Below the pieces are notes generated by a model. The model saw nothing but the letters and a program-made list of their open reading frames with translations, made no database searches and was not told the origin of the DNA. A stretch of 64,000 bases of DNA from Macrostomum hystrix. Its lineage: Eukaryota > Animalia > Platyhelminthes. Positions within the stretch are counted from its first letter, which is position 1; every line of letters begins with the position of its first letter. Shown here in pieces: positions 49,901 through 60,244 of the stretch. The position numbers and the translations under genes were made by a program. The DNA is taken from contig CATNEN010000007.1 of assembly GCA_950097015.1 (NCBI GenBank), positions 2,914,001 through 2,978,000 on the forward strand, given 5' to 3'.

Positions 49901-52900
49901 AAGCTCTTCTTCTGCGATTTCTGGCAGCCAACAGCGGTGAAAGCGAGGCGGCGAAGTGCTCGGACGTTCGGGCCATGATCGCCATGCTTGAGGATCGCCT
50001 GATGATGCGACGGTGCTCAGATGAATCTGATGGATTAGAAGCCGGTATGTTGTGATATCGTTGAAGTGAAGGCGGTTAATGAGGCTGTGAATGAGGCTGT
50101 GAATGAGGTTGTGAATGAGGTTGTGAATGAGGTTGTGAATGAGGCTGTGAATGAGGCTGTGAATGAGGTTGTGAATGAGGTTGTGAATGAGGCTGTGAAT
50201 GAGGTTGTGAATGAGGCTGTGAATGAGGCTGTGAATGAGGTTGTGAATGAGGTTGTGAATGAGGTTATGAATGAGGCTGTGAATGAGGTTGTGAATGAGG
50301 CTGTGAATGAGGCTGTGAATGAGGCTGTGAATGAGGTTGTGAATGAGGCTGTGAATGAGGCTGTGAATGAGGCTGTGAATGAGGTTGTGAATGAGGCTGT
50401 GAATGAGGCTGTGAATGAGGTTGTGAATGAGGCTGTGAATGAGGCTGTGAATGAGGTTGTGAATGAGGTTATGAATGAGGCTGTGAATGAGGTTGTGAAT
50501 GAGGTTGTGAATGAGGTTATGAATGAGGCTGTGAATGAGGTTGTGAATGAGGCTGTGAATGAGGCTGTGAATGAGGCTGTGAATGAGGTTGTGAATGAGG
50601 TTGTGAATGAGGCTGTGAATGAGGCTGTGAATGAGGTTGTGAATGAGGTTGTGAATGAGGCTGTGAATGAGGTTGTGAATGAGGCTGTGAATGAGGCTGT
50701 GAATGAGGTTGTGAATGAGGTTGTGAATGAGGTTATGAATGAGGCTGTGAATGAGGTTGTGAATGAGGCTGTGAATGAGGCTGTGAATGAGGCTGTGAAT
50801 GAGGTTGTGAATGAGGCTGTGAATGAGGCTGTGAATGAGGCTGTGAATGAGGTTGTGAATGAGGCTGTGAATGAGGCTGTGAATGAGGTTGTGAATGAGG
50901 CTGTGAATGAGGCTGTGAATGAGGTTGTGAATGAGGTTATGAATGAGGCTGTGAATGAGGTTGTGAATGAGGTTGTGAATGAGGTTATGAATGAGGCTGT
51001 GAATGAGGTTGTGAATGAGGCTGTGAATGAGGCTGTGAATGAGGCTGTGAATGAGGTTGTGAATGAGGCTGTGAATGAGGCTGTGAATGAGGCTGTGAAT
51101 GAGGTTGTGAATGAGGCTGTGAATGAGGCTGTGAATGAGGTTGTGAATGAGGCTGTGAATGAGGTTATGAATGAGGCTGTGAATGAGGTTGTGAATGAGG
51201 CTGTGAATGAGGCTGTGAATGAGGCTGTGAATGAGGTTGTGAATGAGGCTGTGAATGAGGCTGTGAATGAGGCTGTGAATGAGGCTGTGAATGAGGCTGT
51301 GAATGAGGTTGTGAATGAGGCTGTGAATGAGGCTGTGAATGAGGTTGTGAATGAGGCTGTGAATGAGGCTGTGAATGAGGTTGTGAATGAGGCTGTGAAT
51401 GAGGCTGTGAATGAGGCTGTGAATGAGGCTGTGAATGAGGTTGTGAATGAGGTTATGAATGAGGCTGTGAATGAGGTTGTGAATGAGGCTGTGAATGAGG
51501 CTGTGAATGAGGTTGTGAATGAGGTTATGAATGAGGCTGTGAATGAGGTTGTGAATGAGGTTGTGAATGAGGTTATGAATGAGGCTGTGAATGAGGTTGT
51601 GAATGAGGCTGTGAATGAGGCTGTGAATGAGGCTGTGAATGAGGTTGTGAATGAGGCTGTGAATGAGGCTGTGAATGAGGTTATGAATGAGGCTGTGAAT
51701 GAGGTTGTGAATGAGGCTGTGAATGAGGCTGTGAATGAGGCTGTGAATGAGGTTGTGAATGAGGCTGTGAATGAGGCTGTGAATGAGGCTGTGAATGAGG
51801 CTGTGAATGAGGCTGTGAATGAGGTTGTGAATGAGGCTGTGAATGAGGCTGTGAATGAGGTTGTGAATGAGGCTGTGAATGAGGCTGTGAATGAGGTTGT
51901 GAATGAGGCTGTGAATGAGGCTGTGAATGAGGCTGTGAATGAGGCTGTGAATGAGGTTGTGAATGAGGTTATGAATGAGGCTGTGAATGAGGTTGTGAAT
52001 GAGGCTGTGAATGAGGCTGTGAATGAGGTTGTGAATGAGGCTGTGAATGAGGCTGTGAATGAGGCTGTGAATGAGGTTGTGAATGAGGCTGTGAATGAGG
52101 TTGTGAATGAGGTTGTGAATGAGGCTGTGAATGAGGTTGTGAATGAGGTTATGAATGAGGTTGTGAATGAGGTTGTGAATGAGGCTGTGAATGAGGCTGT
52201 GAATGAGGCTGTGAATGAGGTTGTGAATGAGGCTGTGAATGAGGTTGTGAATGAGGCTGTGAATGAGGTTGTGAATGAGGTTGTGAATGAGGCTGTGAAT
52301 GAGGTTGTGAATGAGGCTGTGAATGAGGTTGTGAATGAGGTTGTGAATGAGGTTGTGAATGAGGTTGTGAATGAGGTTGTGAATGAGGTTGTGAATGAGG
52401 CTGTGAATGAGGTTGTGAATGAGGTTGTGAATGAGGTTGTGAATGAGGCTGTGAATGAGGCTGTGAATGAGGCTGTGAATGAGGCTGTGAATGAGGTTGT
52501 GAATGAGGCTGTGAATGAGGTTGTGAATGAGGCTGTGAATGAGGTTGTGAATGAGGTTGTGAATGAGGCTGTGAATGAGGTTGTGAATGAGGCTGTGAAT
52601 GAGGTTGTGAATGAGGCTGTGAATGAGGCTGTGAATGAGGCTGTGAATGACTTTGTGAATGAAGTATGAAGTATTTAAATAACTTTGTTTAAATAGCTGT
52701 GAATGGCAGTGTGAATGTGAACTGTAAAGTAAGGACCCTAACAGTTGTACCTGTTCCCCGGCATTTTCTTCTTCTAAAATCTGCTTTTTTAGTTTCTGCT
52801 TATCAAAAATTTTTAGTCTGATTTATTATGCCCCTGGTTTCATGTTTCCTAGTTCGCCGTGTCTGTGAATGGCTGACAGACAATGTATCTTAGCCAAAGA

Positions 52901-55537
52901 GGTCGATGAATTTCTGCTGTTTACCCAAAGCAAACACCAGCTCGTTTTTTCAGATCCCATTCTTCCATTATTCGCTCTTTTCTTGTTTTCTTTTGTGACT
53001 ATGGAATTTTATTCCCAGTTTTTCGCGATTAGCGGTTAGGCACTACTTTCCAACTTCATGCATTGTAGGACGCCAAAAACTTTTATTTCTGAATCTTAGA
53101 ATCTACTGAACTTATTAAAATCCTGCTCTAAATAATGATTTATTAGCTGCTTACAGATTACCTAAAGTGTGAGATTTAAAGTACACAAGAAGAACTACCA
53201 AGGGGGAGGGAATCCCCACCTGACAATTTTTTTAGCTGCACCCGAACGGAGCAACGCAAGCACACGAAACTCAAGAACACGGGCCAACTATTTGTTGCGC
53301 ATCTTCTGAAACAAGAATCGAGTCGTCAGCTCTTCAGACCGTCGAGATATTCAATGGTTCTGGCCGAAGGTCAGATTTTTCCCGTAAGCGCTAGTGTATT
53401 TCATACACCCCTATACACGAATTAGCACTGCGCCTCAGTGCGGCCTTGCCAGGCCTTCAAAATGGATCAGCATGTCACCCGAATGTGCCTGCACCATCTC
53501 CGTCTTCGGTGGTCACCTACCTTTATCTAGACGGACTGCTGGACCTTCAAGGGCTACAACAGGTGGAACTAGGCCACTATGGACACCCTGACGCGAATTC
53601 CTCCAATTTCACTGACCAAGCCTAAATATTAGGCGCAGCTCAACCACAGGACACCCTCGCATAGTCTGTCAACCAATCAGTCACCACCCATTGGTTGACA
53701 GATAAAAACTAATAAAAACGGGCGGCAAAATGACTTGGTAGTTCTACTGTTAAAAATGCACTGATATGTAAAGTACACATCTAAATGCACTTATGGGTAA
53801 AGTACACATCGAAATGCACTTATATGTAAAGTACACATCGAAATGCACTTATATGTAAAGTACACATCGAAATGCACTTATATTTAAAGTACGCTCTGAA
53901 ATTTACTTGTATTTTAAGTATGTGCTAGATTTTTAATACAAATATAATTTTACTAATTCTGATAGAGGTGCGCATAGAATCGTACATGTATCTTATGTAC
54001 ATATGGCAATGTACTCATGTGTTGGCTACACCACAGTGTAGATAAATGTAGTACGAATCAGTCTTGATGAACGAAACCGATTGACTTTAGCTTATTTCAA
54101 TTTAAGTTAGATTACAGAACTTGTGAGCTACAATTTTCACCTGCTGCTGTCCGTTCAGTCTCGTCGGCGAATGTCGACCAGCGGACAAAGCTACCATCAG
54201 CTTCGATCCGATGCAGACTGTGGCGTCGTCTGCGCAGATTTCCTGGTCGATCGCGGCCTCACAAAGGGAGCAGGTGTAAAAGTCCAAAGCAACTAGTCAC
54301 ACAGTGTGACAACGCTGTTACACCAGCAGCAGCAGTGACTCAGGCCGTGGCGGAAATTCGTCTCGAGCTGCTGAGTTTACCGCCGCAGCAGGCGAACGGT
54401 AATTAATAGAAATCTAACGATCTCTTAATTCATGTCCTCCGAAGGAGGAGTTCCGCTCAGATAAGCTTGGCCTAGCCACTAGAGCGTTCGCTCTTTAGTT
54501 GGGTGGTCGTGGGTTCGAGTCTATGTTTAAGGTAGATTTTTTGCTACTTTAAATATCGGAGCGCTTTTAAAATTTGGAAATAAAACAGAAGCTGCCAGCT
54601 TGTAAGCCCAGTGGCTAGAGCTCTAGATTTCGTACCGAAATGTCGTGAGTTCGAATCTCAGCCAAAGGTGAAATTTGCGTTCTTGACAAGACACAAGGCA
54701 CATAATTTCAAAACACATCATTTCGCAATTAAATTTTAGTTCACCCAAGCTGTAAATGGGCATTAGAATCAACTGGGGAAGAAATTTGCGTTGTTTTGGC
54801 GCCGTCTACAGTCCATGGACTGAGCAGCTGTACGCAGCCACACGCATAAGCTGCGCTGTGCTGTTTAAAATATGGAATTCGGGTTTGTGAAAAGACCCCG
54901 TAATATAATGTTTTAGGTCAGCAGCAGCAGCAGAAGCAGCCGGTTCAGAGGCCAGCAACTCTCCTACTAACCAATGAGCCTGTGAGTGCGAGTTCTGAAA
55001 GAACATGAGATTTTCTATACATATCGGCTTACCGCAAAGCCAATCTCTCAATTGATTTCATAGCTTGCGGCGATAAAAGCGTCCAATTCGTCCGCTGCCG
55101 AGCTCAGGCTTCGTGCAAGTCGGCAGCTGCTGCGCGACCAACTTATGGACTCGGCGGCCCGGCTGCTGCTGACGTCGGAGCGTCGAGATGCTCCAAGAGC
55201 CCAGCCGGAGGCGGAGCCGGGTTCGGCCATAGACATTCACCAGGAGGGCAGCGACGCCGATGAGCGGACACAGCGGGCGGTCGAAACTCAAGCCTTGGTG
55301 CACCTGGCAGGGCTGTCAGAGGAGGGCGTCACATTGACGGCGCCCAACGGCTGCCAAGTCACTTCCGCCCCATCCGCGGCTTCGGCTTCCACTGTGAACT
55401 GCGGCAGTCCGCTGACCTCAACCTGGTCAGATTCTATAAGCTCAGTTTCCGCTGCATCAACATCCGCCCCTGTCAGTGATCCGTCAAAGTGCGCTTCCAC
55501 AGCTGCAGACTTAGTTAATCTGCCTCAGTCAGCCTAG
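37994..55537 (+). CDS. CAMK-group AMPK-related (HUNK-like) Ser/Thr kinase, about 633 aa, 10 exons; possible extra 5' exon 37182-37349 spliced to 37946
   Basis: Phase-consistent exons: 37994-38104, 39538-39666, 41089-41314, 41827-41962, 43555-43703, 45230-45420, 49864-50044, 54159-54398, 54917-54981, 55064-55537 (1902 nt). Motifs: [81 protein letters not shown]. The last three exons are less certain (no recognisable domain). Confidence 0.85.
38130..38535. repeat. About 29-bp repeat (gaatcccaatctcagatccccaaacag-type) in kinase intron 1
   Basis: Recurrent aatccc(a/g)atctcagatcc units. Confidence 0.85.
39070..39425. repeat. 13-bp minisatellite (atcccaaatctga[a/g]) in kinase intron 1
   Basis: About 27 copies. 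Confidence 0.92.
39740..41060. repeat. 18-bp minisatellite (ttgataatccctctctga) in kinase intron 2
   Basis: Period 18 with a block duplication of about 284 bp (40177 vs 40461). Confidence 0.95.
41332..41762. repeat. 21-bp minisatellite (ccaactgtctacccaatcact) in kinase intron 3
   Basis: About 20 copies starting about 18 nt after the donor. Confidence 0.95.
42215..42966. repeat. 15-bp telomere-like repeat (aaccccgaacccttc) in kinase intron 4
   Basis: About 48 copies; G-rich on the minus strand. Confidence 0.95.
43888..44092. repeat. Degenerate copy of the aaccccgaacccttc repeat in kinase intron 5
   Basis: Same unit mixed with ccctaa hexamers. Confidence 0.85.
44385..44990. repeat. aatcgcagct-family array: 24-mer (agaatcgcagctataactatagct) then 17-mer (agaacagaatcgcagct)
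   Basis: Unit switch at about 44640. Confidence 0.92.
45475..46095. repeat. aatcgcagct-family array, 12+17 = 29-bp composite unit, in kinase intron 6
   Basis: About 21 copies of agaatcgcagctagaacagaatcgcagct. Confidence 0.92.
46100..47460 (-). mobile_element. Internally deleted Ty3/gypsy pol fragment (RNase H, integrase) with a putative 3' LTR end, inserted in a satellite array
   Basis: [59 protein letters not shown] (RT RNase H); H..GHFG...WPGL..CQECQTC (HHCC); [29 protein letters not shown] (integrase core). Several stops and a deletion; ends ...GTGTTACA at 46100. Confidence 0.92.
47465..47850. repeat. aatcgcagct-family array (41/29-bp units with acaactatacctagt)
   Basis: Continuation of the array interrupted by the gypsy fragment. 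Confidence 0.88.
47990..49362. repeat. 24-bp minisatellite (aagaatcgcaccaggaaacataac), about 57 copies
   Basis: Period 24; shares the agaatcgca core. Confidence 0.96.
49545..49815. repeat. ttcagggatg/ctctgatca tandem repeat near the end of kinase intron 6
   Basis: About 19- and 30-bp units. Confidence 0.8.
50066..52665. repeat. 12-bp minisatellite (gtgaatgagg[c/t]t), about 215 copies, in kinase intron 7
   Basis: Period 12; binary gct/gtt variants and a rare gttatg variant; source of the 867-aa AVNE ORF. Confidence 0.97.
53755..53910. repeat. 29-bp tandem repeat (aaagtacacatcgaaatgcacttatatgt), about 5 copies
   Basis: Period 29 (53770 to 53799). Confidence 0.85.
54468..54665 (+). other. Two degenerate tRNA-like/SINE-head segments (A- and B-box-like)
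   Basis: tggcctagcc...gggttcgagtc (54469-54522) and gcccagtggctagagc...gagttcgaatctc (54606-54660); no complete cloverleaf can be drawn. Confidence 0.35.
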
Positions 55538-56259
55538 CTCTGAGCTGTAAATTATCAGTTTCTAGCAAAATTTGTGCGCTTAAACCACTTAATAAACCTG
55601 AATTGCTTGGTTTGCAAATATGCTTACTATAAGTAGCGAGATTGCATAGTCTATATTTCCATAACTTAACTTTGAGTTTTTTCAAATCTTTCCAAACTGC
55701 CACTGAAATTTCACAAACCCGAATCTTCACAAACCCGAAAATTCACAAACACGAGACTTGACAATTCCGAATCTTCACAAACTTTACTGGGTTTTCGGAT
55801 GAATTGTGAGCATAGCGGAGTAGCCAGGATGTTGGCGTGAAACTTGCTCCTGTGTTCTTCACTGCCAGCCACAGAAATCTGTCGTTTCAAAAAGCAAGGC
55901 TAAGAAAAGTGAGACCTACCTCAGATCCTCAATCCTAGCTTTCCGATCCCCAGAATCTCAGATCCCCTAATGGAATTTTGCGTATCACATTTCTGGCACT
56001 AAGTGGGCAGGTCGAGCCGGCTGGTATTAATTTACAGATGCGCCTGACTAAAGGGGCGCCGGATTCGAAAGAAAAATGAGAATCGCTGACTTTGCATGAC
56101 CAGCAGAAGCAATAGCGTGACATTCGAATTCTCATTGCTGCTTTAAATTCATACTCTCAGCTGGCCTGCGAGTTTTGCTGGTCATGCCGACTAGCGGCTT
56201 TTGGTGGGAAAATCTATTTCATTTTAATGCAACATTTGCCAGGGCCTGCATGCGGCCTC

Positions 56260-56830
56260 ACTCCTCTCATTCTCCCATCCCTCATCTCTCATTCTCCCAT
56301 CCCTCATCTCTCATTCTCCCATCCCTCATCTCTCATTCTCCCATCCCTCATCTCTCATTCTCCCATCCCTCATCTCTCATTCTCCATCCCTTATCTCTCA
56401 TTCTCCCATCCCTTATCTCTCATTCTCCCATCCCTTATCTCTTATTCTCGCATCTCTCATCTCTCATTCTCCCATCCCTTATCTCTCATTCTCCCATCCC
56501 TTATCTCTCATTCTCCCATCCCTTATCTCTTATTCTCCCATCCCTCATCTCTCATTCTCCCATCCCTTATCTCTCATTCTCCCATCCCTTATCTCTCATT
56601 CTCCCATCCCTTATCTCTTATTCTCCCATCTCTCATCTCTCATTCTCCCATCCCTTATCTCTCATTCTCCCATCCCTTATCTCTCATTCTCCTATCCCGT
56701 ATCTCTCATTCTCCCATCCCTTATCTCTCATTCTCCCATCCCTTATCTCTCATTCTCCTATCCCGTATCTCTCATTCTCTCATCCCTTATCTCTCATTCT
56801 CTCATCCCTTTCTCTTATCTCTCATCTCTA
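56260..56830. repeat. 22-bp pyrimidine-rich minisatellite (tctctcattctcccatccct[c/t]a)
   Basis: About 26 copies. Confidence 0.93.
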
Positions 56831-57519
56831 ATCTTAAATGGCATTGGAATCATTCCACAGGTAGCCGTGAACTAAAATAGTTAAGCCCTAGCAAATCTCA
56901 ATGAAACAATCTCATCCAAGTGATTAGTTTCACACTTGAATATCATTCAATTCAGTTCCACTTTCTCCCCTTAACTAAGCATATAATTGGCACTTATTTC
57001 TCAACCCGGCCTAATTAACACTCTTGCAACCGTTCAAGCATGGGCCCCAGCTCAGTCAGGGACCATGGGATATTCAATAATACCAGCGAGGGTGCGTTGT
57101 ATATAAGCGACAAGAAAAACAATTGCGATTTCAACCCCCCAGCCTTCACACTCCAGAAAGCATGGACAGGCAGAGCTTAGGAGCTTAGCAGAAGAGAAAG
57201 TGATAGTTGTCTGTTCGGTCATGGTCCATGCAGTTTAAGTGGCTGGTTGAGCTGGGCGAGATTTGGAATTTAGAAGAAGAGTCTGAGGATAAAGTGTGAT
57301 AATTTCAGGCTTCTGGTGTCTGGGAGATCGACTCACTTCTCAGACGGAGAAATCGGACTATGCGACACTGTCCAATAGGACGAGAAAAACTCCCGAGTTT
57401 TTTGATTGATTGGTTTTTTTAATCACTATTTAGACAGGCAGAATGTGTTAAGCCAAACTTAAGCAGTATTAGCCAACCAATTTATTGCACCATTTTTTAA
57501 GCTTTCATTCAATTTCCTC

Positions 57520-58345
57520 TTTCAAGTGGCCGTTTTCACCCTCCTAACGCACCTTTTTCCGCCGTCCTTCCGCTCCTGTTTCCCCCCTCCTTCCGCTCCT
57601 TTTCCCCCCCTCCTTCCGCTCCTGTTTCCCCCCTCCTTCCGCTCCTGTTTCCCCCCTCCTTCCGCTCCTGTTTTCACCCTCTTTCCGCTCCTGTTGTCCC
57701 CCTCCTTTCGCTCCTGTTTCCCCCCTCCTTCCGCTCCTGTTTTCACCCTCTTTCCGCTCCTGTTTCCCCCCTCCTTCCGCTCCTGTTTTCCCCCTCCTTT
57801 CGCTCCTGTTTTCCCCCTCCTTCCGCTCCTGTTTCCCCCCTCCTTCCGCTCCTGTTTTCCCCCTCCTTCCGCTCCTGTTTCCCCCCTCCTTCCGCTCCTG
57901 TTTCCCCCCCTCCTTCCGCTCCTGTTTTCCCCCTCCTTCCGCTCCTGTTTCCCCCTCTTTCCGCTCCTGTTTTCCCCCTCCTTTCGCTCCTGTTTCCCCC
58001 TCCTTCCGCTCCTGTTTTCCCCCTCCTTCCGCTCCTGTTTTCCCCCTCCTTTCGCTCCTGTTTTCCCCCTCCTTTCGCTCCTGTTTCCCCCCTCCTTCCG
58101 CTCCTGTTTTCACCCTCTTTCCGCTCCTGTTTCCCCCCTCCTTCCGCTCCTGTTTTCCCCCTCCTTCCGCTCCTGTTTTCACCCTCCTTCCGCTCCTGTT
58201 TTCCCCCTCCTTCCGCTCCTGTTTCCCCCTCCTTCCGCTCCTGTTTTCACCCTCTTTCCGCTCCTGTTTCCCCGCTCCTTCCGCTCCTGTTTTCACCCTC
58301 CTTCCGCTCCTGTTTTCCCCCTTTTCCGCTCCTCTTTTCACCCCC
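57520..58345. repeat. C/T-rich repeat (ccctccttccgctcctgttt), about 21-44-bp units
   Basis: Recurrent ttccgctcctgtttccccc; similar core to 17630-18200. Confidence 0.9.
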
Positions 58346-59846
58346 CGCTTCCAACCTCAAACAGGAAGGATTATTTAAAAAAGTAATTTTTTGCAAATTC
58401 CGAATTATCCTATTGATATTTCTCAAGGAATCAATGCAATTATCTTTTTAATCGAGAAAGGCCGATTTCAATTCGGCAGATAAAATATCTGAAAACAAAT
58501 AAGGAGTCAGAGCAAGGACCAGAGAGAATGAAATTCAAAACATTGGACCATTCAAGGGGCAAGAAAATGAAAATTGGAAATTAGGAAAGGGATCTGCTTG
58601 TCCCATCCATGCCCGGCAACTCCGCAAAGCATCTAATATCAACCAGGCGGACTTAAAAAAGGGGAAATTTTTTAGAAGTTTCTACTTCAAAGAAGATTCA
58701 GAAACTCGAACAGACACCAGCTAGCCGACTACTGTTAGATTCTCTTCATGTGGATCGATGACTGCCTGATGATATTGCTTCTGGGGTGGCGTGGGCCCTC
58801 ATTCATTTTTGCTTTTCCACACAGAATCAGCAACATGTGTGCGAGTGCCTGTGAGTTTGAATTTAAATTAAATCTGCCAATTCTCTGCTTTGAGAAGCAG
58901 CCATGCCCAGCCCCCCGTCCTGTCGCCAGTCTTCTTCAGCGTCAAGCAGGATCAAAGCAGGCAGCTGTGATTGATGCTTTCAATCCTGTGGCTGGGGCTG
59001 CTTAGAATCAGAGACAACAGGATAGGGAAAATTGGGAGAAAGTTTTGAATTTGATGAATAAATAAAACAAAATCATTCGTATGAATTGATTATTTGTGCG
59101 CTCTGTCGGCTTCGATTCGGTGAATCGATCTTACTTTCAGCACTCCATCTTCTCCTGCCCAAATTGCAAAGCAGATTGGGGAGGGAACTAAACTAATGTT
59201 GAGCGCGTACTCAAATACGATTGGCTGATGGGCTGAAATAAAGCGAAATTAATCTACTAGTCTGACAATTAACCTGACAATGAGAAAGCCAGGGCAGATA
59301 TACCCTCAAATTAGTCTTCACAGATGAGAATGACGAACGAAATAAAAAAGATTTTTATTCCATTTTTCACAGCGGCAGATGTGGTCTCCACGAGTTTGCA
59401 CTAAAAAGAATAATAAAATATCATTATTTTTGTTCTCATTATCAGTTGCTATGCGCTAAACATGAGCATAGCTGGAGCAGGTTGAGCTGTTACTGACAGC
59501 CTGACACTCACTTTAATGGTTGAGAATCTGTTTGGTTTATTATCTGTCATTCTTCTGTCGCAGCAATATGCGGGCCGCAGACCTCTCCAGTTGGCTAATT
59601 AAAAGTGAATCATAACTCTGTTTGGGCTGTATGGAAATTTGCAACAGAGTCCTGCATTAGTTCTTGGGCAAACAATGCGAGTATAATTATTATGAAACAG
59701 ATGGAAAGATGATGTGAATCTTGGCCCAAGCAGACACAGCCCACTCACTTTCGACACCTCGAACTAGTAGGCAAAACTGTGGTGCCACCCCTGCAGCTGC
59801 ATTGCTTTTAGAAGCAGACAATTTTTTAAGTATTTTCTGCTTTCAG

Positions 59847-60047
59847 CTGGGCAGTGTGTCATACGACTAGCAGGGGAGAGACAATTATAAGGAATAGCAA
59901 TAATTTATCACAACAGATCTCTACTTGTCAAAGAATTACTTCCCGGGCCAAACCCGCAGAGGCAATTGAAGAAGAAGAAAATATAAATCTACAAAAAGCA
60001 GAAAACATTGCTGGCCTAGAGTATACTCAACCACCACATTTAAGAGG
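59847..60047 (+). other. Possible isolated exon of an unidentified gene
   Basis: Polypyrimidine-CAG acceptor at about 59846, an open frame (…EAIEEEENINLQKAENIAGLEY…) and a GAG|GTGAGT donor at 60048, followed by a repeat-filled stretch like the introns elsewhere. No recognisable domain. Confidence 0.3.
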
Positions 60048-60244
60048 TGAGTTGCGTTGATTTTGAGGAAAATTCTCATTTTTGAGGGAAGAATTTTCTG
60101 AACCGGAAACTAACTTGTCATATTTCACTTTCCTATCTGCAACGGCTTGTTATTTATTGGTGATTGCTTTCAGGTAAAATCTTGCAGTCATTTTGCTCAA
60201 TTATTTACAAACTGGACTGACCTTCTTAGCAAAAAACTACTTTT

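Noticed and set aside
50066-52669. 867-aa [11 protein letters not shown]
   Set aside because: 12-bp satellite starting about 20 nt after the GTATGT donor of kinase exon 7, with no ATG context and an upstream in-frame separation by TGA. The gene continues in phase at 54159.
54468-54665. Functional tRNA genes
   Set aside because: A/B-box-like motifs are present, but the acceptor and anticodon stems do not pair; treated as degenerate SINE heads or pseudo-tRNA.
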